Shown: positions 10,799 through 20,959 of the stretch, piece by piece
How the letters are laid out: the number at the start of each line of letters is the position of its first letter
Numbering within the stretch: the first letter of the stretch is position 1
NCBI GenBank assembly: GCA_963677895.2
Contig: CAXXGJ010000039.1
Coordinates: 1-46,421 of the forward strand
Source: Treponemataceae bacterium
Lineage (GTDB): Bacteria > Spirochaetota > Spirochaetia > Treponematales > Rectinemataceae
Direction: 5' to 3'
DNA length: 46,421 bases
The notes under the pieces: generated by a model
What the model was told of the DNA's origin: nothing
What the model saw: the letters and a program-made list of their open reading frames with translations, nothing else
The model's database searches: none
Made by a program: the position numbers and the translations under genes

Positions 10799-10925
10799 CA
10801 AATGCTTCAACCTTATAAAGCCTTTTGTCACGCTTTTTGCTAGTCGCTACGCTCCTTTACGCAAAAAGCGCGCCAATCCCTCGCTTCGCTCAGGAGCAGG
10901 CTTTAAGGTTAAGCCAATGTTAGAC
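10793..10925 (+). repeat. attC site
   Basis: ATCTAAC...GTTAGAC. Confidence 0.95.
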
Positions 10926-11001
10926 GGACGCGCTATCGCGCGCAAGATGAAGATTATAGAGAATTATAATACAGAGGCAGATGGTAATAGAAAATGATCT
11001 A

Positions 11002-11227
11002 TTACTCCCATACAACTTCAGGCTTTTTCTTTTCTTTAGCACATTGAGAAAGAAAATAATTTATTAGCGTTTGATAAGGAATCCCTGAGTCTTTCGAAAG
11101 TGCCTTGAAGTACATTTATCGTATCAGTATCAAGCCGAATAGTTATAGATTTCTTGAGGCGGTTGATATAGGGATTTTTAATAGATTTATCAAAATCGTA
11201 GTTATCAAGCATGTCGGTGTCTTTCAT
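11002..11227 (-). CDS. brnA: BrnA antitoxin, frameshifted ~11115
   Basis: YDF...KNPY...KKSITIRLD then shifted YFKALSKDSGIPYQTLIN. Confidence 0.8.
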
Positions 11228-11501
11228 AGGAGGTCTCCTCCTTCTTCGTAGCCTTTCTGGCTGATATCAATCGGATAATAGAATCCGATTCACGATAGCA
11301 ATGGCAAACAACTAATAGCCGTAATTTAGAACTAAGACCTAAGATGATGAAGCGATCTTCTTCGGTAGAATGTAAAGGATCAAAGATTACGCGAGCATAT
11401 TCATCAAAGAAGACAGTCTTGGCTTCTTCAAAGCCAATATCATGCTTCGTTTGATTGATAAGGTTCTTTCTTGGATCCCAAACAAAGGAAATATCCTTCA
11501 T
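11205..11501 (-). CDS. brnT: BrnT-family toxin
   Basis: FVWDPRKN...KHDIGFEEA...EDRF...IRLISARKATKKE. Confidence 0.92.
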   Translation of the reverse strand: MKDISFVWDPRKNLINQTKHDIGFEEAKTVFFDEYARVIFDPLHSTEEDRFIILGLSSKLRLLVVCHCYRESDSIIRLISARKATKKEETSYERHRHA

Positions 11502-11596
11502 GTGTTACAAAGTATGTACATTATCATATAAAAGTCAAGATGAAGAAGTGGAATTGTTTAAGAAAGAGTATAAAGACAATTATAGAAAAGAAATAC

Positions 11597-11721
11597 GTCT
11601 AACAAAAGCTTCAACCCTATAACGCCTTTTGTCATGGTTTTTGCGAGAAGATGACGCAAAAACCACGCCAATCCTTCGCTTCGCTCAGGAACAGGCGTTA
11701 AGGGTTAAGCCAATGTTAGGA
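11597..11721 (+). repeat. attC site
   Basis: GTCTAAC...GTTAGGA. Confidence 0.95.
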
Positions 11722-11813
11722 GGACGCCTTCGGCGCCCAGAGGAAAAAGAAAATATATTAGGGGAATCATTACTACCTTGAAATAGCGTAAGGCAAATGA
11801 AAAGAGAAATCAT

Positions 11814-12179
11814 ATGAATATAATAATCCATTCAAAGAATGAAGCTCAAATTACGGAAATACTTGATGATGGGCTTATTCTCAAAAATGTACAGGATTTT
11901 ATTGATATTATTGCTAATAGTCCATCAAGAAATATAATTCTACATAAAGAAAATATCATACCAGAATTCTTTGATCTAAAGACAAAGATTGCTGGAGATA
12001 TATTACAGAAGTCAAGTTACTATAGAATCAGAATAGGAATAGTAGGAGATTATAAAAACATTAAGAGTAAAAGCCTACGAGATTTTATATATGAAAGCAA
12101 TAAGACAAAAGAGATATTATTTAAAGAGAATATTGAAGACATAATAGAGATATTTGGAAAGAAAAAAGAAAATTCCTAA
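11814..12179 (+). CDS. DUF4180-family protein
   Basis: FFDLKTKIAGDILQK...VGDY...SKSLRDFIYESN. Confidence 0.88.
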   Translation: MNIIIHSKNEAQITEILDDGLILKNVQDFIDIIANSPSRNIILHKENIIPEFFDLKTKIAGDILQKSSYYRIRIGIVGDYKNIKSKSLRDFIYESNKTKEILFKENIEDIIEIFGKKKENS

Positions 12180-12294
12180 CAAATGCTTCAACCGGATAAT
12201 TCCTTTGTCACGGTTTGTGCTATCGCTTCGCTCTTTATGCACAAACCGCGCCAAGCCCTTCGGGCACGGAATTACCGGTTAAGCAATGTTAGCT
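12174..12294 (+). repeat. attC site (CCGGATAATTCC variant)
   Basis: TCCTAAC...GTTAGCT. Confidence 0.93.
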
Positions 12295-12360
12295 GGACGC
12301 TATCGCGCAAAAAGAATACATGTTCAAGTTGTTTTAAGGGCACTACAGTAAAATATCAAA

Positions 12361-12862
12361 ATGCAAGAAAAATATAATGAATTCATCAGAGTAGCAATTT
12401 GTTTAAATAAAAAACTGAGTATTACTCCTCTTTTATATGGATCTTTAGGCTTGCAGCAATTAGTTGTTGCAGAGTTGTTTCCTGAAGATATTGATATACT
12501 TGTTCAGAGGAATTTATCAAAGAAAAGTGGATAAATTTAAAAGAATCAATGGAAAGTATTGGTTATCATTTAGAAGATCTTCATGAGCATGAGTTTTTAT
12601 ACGGTAGGTATAAAATAGCATTTTCATTTATTGAAGACTTAAGGGAGTATGCAAAAATATTTGAAGAAGACATTAAAACAATAATAGATAAAGAAGTAAA
12701 GTATAAAGTATTAGGTTTAGATCAGTATTTAAGAGTATATGAAAGATCAATTAAAGATAACTATCGTAAAGAGAAAAATAATAATAAAGATATTGAGAAA
12801 ATTAGAATTATTAAAGCAGAAATAACGAAGAAGAGACAGCTAACAAATGCTTCAACCTATAA
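12361..12862 (+). CDS. Nucleotidyltransferase-fold protein, frameshifted ~12505
   Basis: ATG 12361 reads PLLYGSLGL...EDIDILV (GS..DxD); continues in ORF 12549 frame. Confidence 0.6.
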
Positions 12863-12960
12863 CGCCTTTTGTCATGGTTTGTGCAGAACAACAATGCACA
12901 AACCACGCAATCCTTCGCTTCGCTCAGGAACAGGCATTAAGGGTTAAGCTAATGTTAGGC
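12838..12960 (+). repeat. attC site
   Basis: AGCTAAC...GTTAGGC. Confidence 0.93.
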
Positions 12961-13016
12961 AGACGCTTCGCGCCGAGGATTAAAGATCATTTTACTAGCA
13001 ATAAAGGGCTAATCGT

Positions 13017-13413
13017 ATGAGTCCAATGAAAATGCATCTAATAGAATCTGGCATTCGCCTTGTTGTAAAATTATACAAATGGCATTAATGATCATAAGGT
13101 AGAAGATATCATAAGGCTATTAAGTGATGATTGTACTCTGGAAAGTACATCTCCTGTTCCTCGTGGATTGATTTATACTGGGAAAGATCAAATAAGAAAA
13201 TACTATGAAAATCTATTTGAAGAAAGAAGAGAAGTAAGGTTTAAAACAGAAGAATTATTGGGCTTTGGTCATCGATGTATTATTCGATGGGAATGTATAT
13301 GGGTAAATGAGGATAGCTCAGAAGAGACTATACGTGGAATAGATATTATTAAAGAGAAGAATGATTTAATAAGCGAGATACTCTCCTACAGTAAAAGTTC
13401 AGAATTAGATTGA
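13017..13413 (+). CDS. SnoaL/NTF2-like protein, 5' frameshift
   Basis: GKDQIRKYY, RCIIRW, RGIDII...ISEILSYSK. Confidence 0.7.
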
Positions 13414-13504
13414 AATAGTAAGCATATAGAAGAAAAAGTAATATTATAAAGAAATAAAGTGTAAATAGAATTACGGAAGTACTAATATTATAGAAAGAAA
13501 AAGT

Positions 13505-13629
13505 GCCTAACAAAAGCTTCAACCCTATAACGCCCTTTGTCATGGTTTTTGCTAGAAGATGACGCAAAAACCACGCCAATCCTTCGCTTCGCTCAGGAGC
13601 AGGCGTTAAGGGTTAAGCCAATGTTGGAC
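13505..13629 (+). repeat. attC site
   Basis: GCCTAAC...GTTGGAC. Confidence 0.95.
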
Positions 13630-13652
13630 AGATTATTTTTTCGGAGTAAAAA

Positions 13653-14435
13653 ATGGGGCAATTAGAAAAGTATTTATCTTCTATTAATCATAATATTATT
13701 GATATATTTATTGATTTTGGGAAAAAGAGTATAAAGCTTCAACCAGCGACTCATCCTAAATATAAGTATAGAGATAATTTGCTTTATCGTATTCAGTCTT
13801 CACTATTCCATTTATCATTGATTAGTCATGTGAAAAATCTTGGAATAAATAGGCTTGCTGATAATGAAGATGATAGAAATCCGGCATTGCTGATGCAAAT
13901 TGTTAGGGAAGTATATTTTTCTTTTGAAGACTTAATATATAGCCTTATTTCTCAAATTGATTATTTAGGAAACCTAATTGGGTATATATATCTTGGAGAA
14001 CATAAGGGTACTTTAAAATGGAATGGAATAGCAAAATTGTGTCGAGACTGTAATCATATCACAATCAATGAATCATTAAAGCAAGCAATTATTAATGAAG
14101 ATAGAAGATTATTTAATCACCTATATAAATATAGATCAAATTTAATTCATTATAAAAGTGATGGATCTGAAGCAATTCATAAGGAACAACTATATCAAAA
14201 TGCAATAGAACATACTTTAATAATTAAATGTCCAGAACAATTACAGTTGATTATGAAAAATTTAAAGTTTGAATGTAATAATGATATATTACAAATAGCA
14301 AGCTTATTAACAGAAGAAGTATTTAAAACAATGGAAGTAATAATTGCATTAATAGCTAAAGATATAGTTCCAAAGAATAAGGTAAATATGGAAAGACTTG
14401 TAAAAGAGTTTGAAGAAAAGAATAGGAAAATTTGA
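13653..14435 (+). CDS. HEPN-domain protein (Cthe_2314-like)
   Basis: Helical protein with RSNLIH (Rx4H) motif. Confidence 0.6.
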   Translation: MGQLEKYLSSINHNIIDIFIDFGKKSIKLQPATHPKYKYRDNLLYRIQSSLFHLSLISHVKNLGINRLADNEDDRNPALLMQIVREVYFSFEDLIYSLISQIDYLGNLIGYIYLGEHKGTLKWNGIAKLCRDCNHITINESLKQAIINEDRRLFNHLYKYRSNLIHYKSDGSEAIHKEQLYQNAIEHTLIIKCPEQLQLIMKNLKFECNNDILQIASLLTEEVFKTMEVIIALIAKDIVPKNKVNMERLVKEFEEKNRKI

Positions 14436-14446
14436 TTTAGTGAACT

Positions 14447-14595
14447 GTCCAACAACTGCTTCAACCTTATAAATCCTTTGTCATGGTTCTTGCATGTCGC
14501 TTCGCCACTTCGTGGCGGCGCTCCTTTATGCAAGAACCACGCCAAGCCTTCGCAGTAGCTCAGGCGCGGATTTAAAGGTTAAGCCAATGTTAGGT
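14447..14595 (+). repeat. attC site (long, 149 bp)
   Basis: GTCCAAC...GTTAGGT with an extra CGCCAC-TTC-GTGGCG hairpin. Confidence 0.93.
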
Positions 14596-14611
14596 AGATT
14601 AAGAGGCATTA

Positions 14612-15804
14612 ATGACTAAAAGTGAGGTATTAGTATCAAAGCTATGTAAAAAGCTTTTTTGTCTCTTTGGACTGTATCAAATCCATTAGGAAAAGAAGCG
14701 GGAAAAGAGCTATGTGATGCTCTAGTAGTATTTGAAAATTGTATCTTAATTATTTCAGTAAAAGATATAGTATATAAACCAACAGAAGATCTTCAAACTG
14801 GATATGACAGATGGAATAAAGCAGCTATAGAAAAATCGATTAAGCAATTAAAAGGAGCAAAAAGATTCTTAGAGACCGTCAATGAAGTTAAATCAAAAGA
14901 TGGTAGAGTAGTATTTTCTTTACCTCCTAAGAAAGATCGAAAATATTATTTTATTACTATTTCCTTAGGGGCAAAAAGAGAAATTCCACTTAGTCTTCCA
15001 ATACTTGATGAAGTTGTTCATTTTTTTGATGATTACAATCTTGATATTATTTTTTCTGAATTGGACACTATTAGTGATTTTATTGAATACATGCAAAAGA
15101 AAGAAACATTTTTAGCGGAAATAAAGAAAATTGTAATAGGAGCAGAAGAAGATTTATTGGCACTTTACCTATTTAACAATAGAAAATTTCCAATAAAATC
15201 TGAACTTATGATTATTGAAGATGGTATTTGGAAAGGATTTTCTAAAAAACCAGAATATTTAGGTAAAAAGCATATAGATAAAGTAAGTTATATTTGGGAT
15301 TCTATAATTGAAGAGTTAATAAATTTACGAGATCCATCAATGAAAAATATTCTTGGATATTCTGATCCAAAAAACGTTGATGTAGAAAATGCTCTAAGAA
15401 TATTAGCAAAAGAAAACAGATTTTCAAGAAGGATACTATCAGAAGAGTTTTTAGATTTTATAAATGTAAAACGGATTGCATCAAGAGTAGTTGAATCAGT
15501 AAATGGAATTGTTTATGTTTTTTTAAAGAAACCAATAGAGATAGACAGACTTGAACGTCAAAGAGAACTATACGCCAGATGTTTCATAGTTAGACATAAA
15601 ATTAATAGAAATGCTATAGTTATTGGAATTGCTACAGAAAACGATATATCTGTAGGGCATAGTTTTGATCTAATATACTTTGAGAGGAAAGATTGGAGTA
15701 AAGAAGACCAGCAATTAGCAGAAAAAATGATAAAAGACTTAAAGCTATTTAACTCAGTCGAGTATAGTCAAGGTTCAGCTGATGAATATCCAAAGGTAAA
15801 ATAA
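14612..15804 (+). CDS. NERD-like / PD-(D/E)XK nuclease-domain protein, 5' frameshift in T-run ~14655
   Basis: KELCDALVVFENCILIISVKD...SIKQL motif; ATG 14612 with RBS. Confidence 0.6.
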
Positions 15805-15809
15805 GAACT

Positions 15810-15924
15810 ACCTAACAACTGCTTCAACCGGATAATTCCTTTGGCATGGTTTGTGCAGAAATCTCATGCACAAACCACGCCAAGCCCTTCGGGCACGGAA
15901 TTACCGGTTAAGCCAATGTTAGGC
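15810..15924 (+). repeat. attC site
   Basis: ACCTAAC...GTTAGGC. Confidence 0.93.
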
Positions 15925-15992
15925 AGACTCGCGCAAAGCGCGAGCAAAAACAAGTTGAAAACATAAATTATCTTCCAGAATAGGGGGAAAAT

Positions 15993-16406
15993 ATGATTCT
16001 AGTTAGTGCATGTTTAGCTGGTGTTCCTTGTAGATACAATGGAGAAAGTCAGCTTAATAAAGACGTAATGCAACTTATAAAAGATGGAGAAGCACTATTT
16101 GTATGCCCTGAACAATTGGGCGGATTAACAACACCAAGGCCACCTGCAGAGATAATCAATGGAAGAGTAGTAGATAAAGAAGGAAGAGATGTAACTAAAG
16201 AGTTTATAAAAGGGGCTGAGATTACTCTTGAACTTGCTCGTACTTATAAATGTAAAAGAGCTATTCTGAAAGCAAGATCTCCATCATGCGGCATAGGTGA
16301 AATCTATGATGGTACTTTCACTGGAACATTGATAGAGGGAAATGGAATAACAGCAGAATTATTATTAAAGAATGGGATAAAAGTAATAGATGAAGATGAC
16401 ATTTAG
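15993..16406 (+). CDS. DUF523 family (2-thiouracil desulfurase-like)
   Basis: VSACLAG..CRY, VCPEQLGGL.TPRPPAE, LKARSPSCG. Confidence 0.9.
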   Translation: MILVSACLAGVPCRYNGESQLNKDVMQLIKDGEALFVCPEQLGGLTTPRPPAEIINGRVVDKEGRDVTKEFIKGAEITLELARTYKCKRAILKARSPSCGIGEIYDGTFTGTLIEGNGITAELLLKNGIKVIDEDDI

Positions 16407-16498
16407 ATAAGAACAGTATCATAAGATTAGGGAAAGACAATAAAATATCATATTGAAAAGTAATGTATATAACTATAGAGAATAGAAATAGAAAAGAT

Positions 16499-16623
16499 GC
16501 CTAACACCTGCTTCGACCCTATAACGCCCTTTGGCATGGTTTGTGCAGAACAACAATGCACAAACCATGCCAATCCTTCGCTACGCTCAGGAGCGGGCGT
16601 TAAGGGTCAAGCCAATGTTAGAC
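16499..16623 (+). repeat. attC site
   Basis: GCCTAAC...GTTAGAC. Confidence 0.95.
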
Positions 16624-16643
16624 ACACTAAAGGATTATGAAAA

Positions 16644-17429
16644 ATGATAGATACTTCTATTGCTGATAGAATATTCAAAGCTAGAGAAAGAATAGTAGAG
16701 GGTTTTGATTCTGAAAACTGGGAGGAGTTAGGATTATTAACTGGTGAAAGGGATATTATTAATCGTCATCCAAGGTTACTTAGAAGTTTATTATGGAATG
16801 ATGAAGATTATTCTGGCAATGTTTTAACTGTTATTAGAAAAATTGTTGAAAAGAATCCAACGACATTAGCTTTGATTGAGGAATACTTAGATAGAAACTT
16901 TGAACAAGATTCACAGTACATTTCTGCAAAACCAGCTGAAAGAAAAATTACATTTTCTCCTTATGTTTTTGATGTTCCAGATTGTTATGTAGAAATTGAT
17001 CTTGTATCAATAATGATGCCATTTTCTAAAGAATTTGATGAAATAAATACAACTATTAAATCTGCTTCACAGAGGTGTGGGCTTCGTTGTTTACGAACAG
17101 ATGATATTTGGGAAGAATCAACTATAATTCAAGATATATTTAATTTAATATTTCGATCACAAATTGTTATAGTTGATTTTACTGGTAAAAATGCAAATGT
17201 GATGTATGAGACAGGTATTGCTCATACACTTGGGAAACATGTGATTCCTATTTCACAGAGTATGGATGATGTTCCTTTTGATATGCGGCATCATAGAGTA
17301 TTGAGATACCTAAATAATTCAGAAGGATTAAAAAAGCTTAATGATGATTTATATGCAAAAATTAGTCAATTTTCCATTCATGGTGAAAAAAAAGAAGATG
17401 ATGTTCCATTTAGTGATGTGCCATTTTAA
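16644..17429 (+). CDS. Protein with C-terminal nucleoside 2-deoxyribosyltransferase/TIR-like domain and AbiJ-like N-terminus
   Basis: MMPF...RTDD...IVDFTGKNANVMYETGIAH; N-terminal HPRLLRSL.W.DEDY. Confidence 0.65.
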   Translation: MIDTSIADRIFKARERIVEGFDSENWEELGLLTGERDIINRHPRLLRSLLWNDEDYSGNVLTVIRKIVEKNPTTLALIEEYLDRNFEQDSQYISAKPAERKITFSPYVFDVPDCYVEIDLVSIMMPFSKEFDEINTTIKSASQRCGLRCLRTDDIWEESTIIQDIFNLIFRSQIVIVDFTGKNANVMYETGIAHTLGKHVIPISQSMDDVPFDMRHHRVLRYLNNSEGLKKLNDDLYAKISQFSIHGEKKEDDVPFSDVPF

Positions 17430-17438
17430 AAGTGAGGT

Positions 17439-17561
17439 GTCTAACACATGCTTCAACCTTATAAATCCTTTGGCATGGTTTGTGCAGAAATCTCATGCAC
17501 AAACCATGCCAAGCCTTCGCTACGCTCAGGCGCGGATTTAAAGGTTAAGCCAATGTTAGAT
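17439..17561 (+). repeat. attC site
   Basis: GTCTAAC...GTTAGAT. Confidence 0.95.
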
Positions 17562-17716
17562 TTATCTATATAATAATTGTGAAATGTTACGCTAGATAAA
17601 GATACTACATAATTGTTTTTAGAATTGTAATTGAAAATATTATAAATAATGTTTATATCAAAAGAAGATTATTCATTAATAGTTAATCGTCTGTAATTAA
17701 AATTAGAGGAGTACAT

Positions 17717-18373
17717 ATGAGAAAATTTAAACAAAGATTAAGGTATAATAAAGTAATTGCTGAGAGAGTGATCGCATTACACAAGAATTATGAATTAGAA
17801 ACGAATGTGATAACAAACCATGAAGAAAGGCAAGAAAGTATTATTACAATTGGCATGACAATAATTACTGCTATGTCATTTGTTTCGTTTGATAAGAAAA
17901 GTTCTATACTTAGCATGCTTGTAATAGTATCAATTTTATGGCTGATATCATATTTTTCTAATCATGCATTTTCAATATTTACACATGGAATGTATAGAAA
18001 GAGTATTGAAAAAAAAATAAATAGACTTAGCAAATATAAAATATGTGAATGGGAATATGTTTATACAAATTATTATCAAAAAAATCCATTTCTATATATT
18101 ATGTTATTTTTTGCTTCTCTTATTGGGGTAATTGAATCTGGTATTTCTTTATTAATTATCGTTGATAATTTAGGGTATAAGTTTATTTATAATTTTATTC
18201 CATTTGTAATATCCGGATTATTAATGATAGGAATACTATACATTATTATAAAAATACTACTTAAAAATGTAAGAAAAATATGCGACGAAAGAAATATTAA
18301 GAAAGGTGATCTACTATTAATAAATAAGAAAAATAAAGAAAAGGAAAATCTAACAAATGCTTCAACCCTATAA
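17717..18373 (+). CDS. Hypothetical membrane protein (~4 TM)
   Basis: GAGGAG RBS, hydrophobic segments; stop codon lies inside the attC. Confidence 0.7.
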   Translation: MRKFKQRLRYNKVIAERVIALHKNYELETNVITNHEERQESIITIGMTIITAMSFVSFDKKSSILSMLVIVSILWLISYFSNHAFSIFTHGMYRKSIEKKINRLSKYKICEWEYVYTNYYQKNPFLYIMLFFASLIGVIESGISLLIIVDNLGYKFIYNFIPFVISGLLMIGILYIIIKILLKNVRKICDERNIKKGDLLLINKKNKEKENLTNASTL

Positions 18374-18472
18374 CGCCTTTTGTCATGGTTTTTGCTAGAA
18401 GATGACGCAAAAACCATGCCAATCCTTCGCTACGCTCAGGAACAGGCGTTAAGGGTTAAGCCAATGTTAGAA
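18348..18472 (+). repeat. attC site
   Basis: ATCTAAC...GTTAGAA. Confidence 0.95.
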
Positions 18473-18904
18473 TGACCTATGTATCGTAAGATCATTACAT
18501 AAGCTTGTTCTAAGAATTATGTAAGATCCTAAATAAGAAATAAGAAAAATAATAATTATTATCGCCTGTTAAAAAAGAGGAAACAAAGAGCTGCTCCAAG
18601 AGCGCGTTAGTGTCGATAGAATAAGGCGGTAAAGAGATTCGCTTTTTCGCAGATTTGCGATGATGTATCAAGAAGCATATGTTGAATGTAACAAGTAGTA
18701 GAAAAGCGGAATGAGATATTGAAACCTGAAGAGCTGCGAAAAAGAGAATCCAAGAGCCGCCAAAGGCAATGAGATTAAGCGCGCGAAGAGGAGCAGCATA
18801 GGAGTTTCCTCTTTTTGCTGCGTTTGTTAGGGATTCCTGGTTGGTCACTATTATATGTTAGATGGCATAAGCGAAGTGGCTTGCATCCATACATAAGAGG
18901 GCAA
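18473..18904. ncRNA. Gene-less cassette; candidate structured non-coding RNA or ssDNA element
   Basis: No + strand ORF of 60 aa or more; nested inverted repeats 18572-18816 and flanking hairpins; matched GTTAGAA/TTCTAAC ends. Confidence 0.5.
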
Positions 18905-19026
18905 TTCTAACAAATGCTTCAACCTGACTCGCGTTAGAGAAAGGATAAATAGCTGCAATGTTAACCTGATAATGCCCTGGTGGCGCAGTAGCGCACGACG
19001 GCTCGCAGGTTAAGCCAATGTTCGAT
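18905..19026 (+). repeat. attC site, second family (AACCTGACTCGCG type)
   Basis: TTCTAAC...GTTCGAT. Confidence 0.9.
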
Positions 19027-19065
19027 GGACGCCTTCGGCGCCCAAATAGTATATACAATGTATAC

Positions 19066-19094
19066 TTGACAAATAGATATACAATGTGTATACT
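19066..19094 (+). promoter_or_regulatory. mazEF promoter
   Basis: TTGACA-17-TATACT; repeated ATATACAATGT elements as likely operator. Confidence 0.8.
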
Positions 19095-19112
19095 ATTGTT
19101 GTGGAGGTTCTT

Positions 19113-19346
19113 ATGAAAACAGTTGTTCAAAAATGGGGCAATAGTCTCGGTATACGTATTCCTTCGCTGTATGTGAAAGAATTTGATCTTAAGGGCGGAA
19201 GCTCAGTAGAAATAATGGAGGATAATGGAAAACTTGTTATTCTTCCAAAGAAAACGACGCTTGAATCACTCCTTTCTCAAGTAAAAGAAGAAAACCTGCA
19301 TGCCTATGTAGATACTGGATCTTCAATAGGAAAAGAAGAATGGTAA
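19113..19346 (+). CDS. mazE: MazE/AbrB-family antitoxin
   Basis: VQKWGNSLGIRIP; GGAGG RBS before ATG 19113. Confidence 0.92.
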   Translation: MKTVVQKWGNSLGIRIPSLYVKEFDLKGGSSVEIMEDNGKLVILPKKTTLESLLSQVKEENLHAYVDTGSSIGKEEW

Positions 19347-19678
19347 GTAAAAGCTATATTCCTGAGAGAGGAGACATTGTTTGGCTGGACTTTAACCCAC
19401 AATTGGGCCATGAACAAAGGGGAAGAAGACCAGCACTCACATTATCATTTAAAGCATATAATGAGAAAATTGGATTAGCATTATTTTGCCCAATTACAAG
19501 TAAGGTAAAGGGATATCCATTTGAAGTTGAACTAGAGTTAAAAAAGATAAAAGGTTCTGTATTAAGTGATCAAATAAAGAGTTTAGATTGGAGAGAAAGA
19601 AATATAGAATTTATAGAAAAAATTGGAGATAAAAAGATGGAAGAAGTAATAGAAAAAATAGACGTAATAATAAGATAA
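19340..19678 (+). CDS. mazF: MazF endoribonuclease toxin
   Basis: RGDIVWLDFNPQLGHEQRGRRPA, CPITS, DQIKSLDW. Confidence 0.95.
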   Translation: MVSKSYIPERGDIVWLDFNPQLGHEQRGRRPALTLSFKAYNEKIGLALFCPITSKVKGYPFEVELELKKIKGSVLSDQIKSLDWRERNIEFIEKIGDKKMEEVIEKIDVIIR

Positions 19679-19683
19679 GAAGC

Positions 19684-19815
19684 ATCGAACAACCGCTTCA
19701 ACCTTATAAATCCTTTGTCACGGTTTGTGCAGTCGCTTCGCTCCTTCATGCACAAACCGCGCCAAGCCTTCGCAGTAGCTCAGGCGCGGATTTAAAGGTT
19801 AAGCCAATGTTAGGT
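19684..19815 (+). repeat. attC site
   Basis: ATCGAAC...GTTAGGT. Confidence 0.93.
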
Positions 19816-19914
19816 TTATTTATTAATCCGGATAAAATATTATGTGCATTTGTTAAGTAGTAACGTTCTCCATGAGGAATAAAAGATCTTAGGCTCTTAA
19901 AAGAAGGAAAATAT

Positions 19915-20418
19915 ATGCAAACCATAATCGATGGAATTCTATCAAGACATAGTGTCCGTAAGTTCACTGGAGAATCAATAAATGAAGATGATCTGAACAT
20001 AATTCTTAAATCAGCTATGGCTGCTCCTTCTGCAATGAACATTCAGCCTTGGTCATTCATTGTTGTTACTGATAAAGTGATCTTAAATAATCTTTGTAAA
20101 GCATTACCATATGCTAAAATGCTTGATATGGCTGGTGCTGCGATTATTGTTTGTGGAGATTCTAAAGAAGATAATTGGGTAGTAGATTGTGCCGCTGCAA
20201 CAGAAAACATATTGCTTACAGCACATGCATTAGGATATGGAGCCGTATGGACGGCGGTATATAAATATGAATCAAGGATTGAACCTGTAAGAAGTGAATG
20301 TAAAATACCTAAGGATATAATTCCATTAAATGTAATTCCAATAGGAATACCTTTAGAGAAGAATTCGAAACCTATAGATAAATATAAAGAAAACAAGATA
20401 CATAAGAATGTTTGGTGA
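19915..20418 (+). CDS. Nitroreductase family protein
   Basis: RHSVRKF, AAPSAMNIQPW, LGYGAVW. Confidence 0.92.
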   Translation: MQTIIDGILSRHSVRKFTGESINEDDLNIILKSAMAAPSAMNIQPWSFIVVTDKVILNNLCKALPYAKMLDMAGAAIIVCGDSKEDNWVVDCAAATENILLTAHALGYGAVWTAVYKYESRIEPVRSECKIPKDIIPLNVIPIGIPLEKNSKPIDKYKENKIHKNVW

Positions 20419-20479
20419 AAAGAGAAAATATATAGAGTAAAGATATTAATAATACAGAAATAAGTATAAAGTAAGAAAA

Positions 20480-20599
20480 ACCTAACAACTGCTTCAACCT
20501 GACTCGCGTTTGAGAAAGTAGATTACTACAGTATGAAAATGATAATGCTTTGGTTACGCAGTAGCGTACGACGGCTCGCAGGTTAAGCAAATGTTAGAA
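20480..20599 (+). repeat. attC site, second family
   Basis: ACCTAAC...GTTAGAA. Confidence 0.9.
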
Positions 20600-20662
20600 T
20601 GACGCCTTCGGCGCATAGGAAAAGATATAATAAGATCTAATATTCATTTTAGGAGGATTTCA

Positions 20663-20916
20663 ATGAAATGTTTTTGCTGTAATAGTGAAGCAAAGTATTC
20701 AATACTCTTAGCTGATGGTTCCTATGAGGAAAATGGTTGTAGGATTGAAAGAATGTATTTACCAAATCAAATGGTAAGAAAAACAGAAAAAGAACACAAA
20801 CTAATAAAAGAGACATGGTTTTGTCACGAATGCGTGCGAAAATTGAGGATAATCTAAGAGCAACAATATTGTATTTACAAGCAGAAAATAGGGTTATTAT
20901 ATTTAATAAAGAATGA
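20663..20916 (+). CDS. Small Cys-rich (CxxC...CxxC) protein, probable frameshift ~20840
   Basis: AGGAGG RBS; CFCC and CHEC. Confidence 0.55.
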
Positions 20917-20959
20917 AGTCATCGTTATAAAATTTGTTAAATATTATTAGGAGAGACGA

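Noticed and set aside
18510..18848. 112-aa minus-strand ORF in the gene-less cassette
   Set aside because: No RBS or recognisable motif; its hydrophobicity is expected from the antisense of A-rich DNA. Not fully excluded
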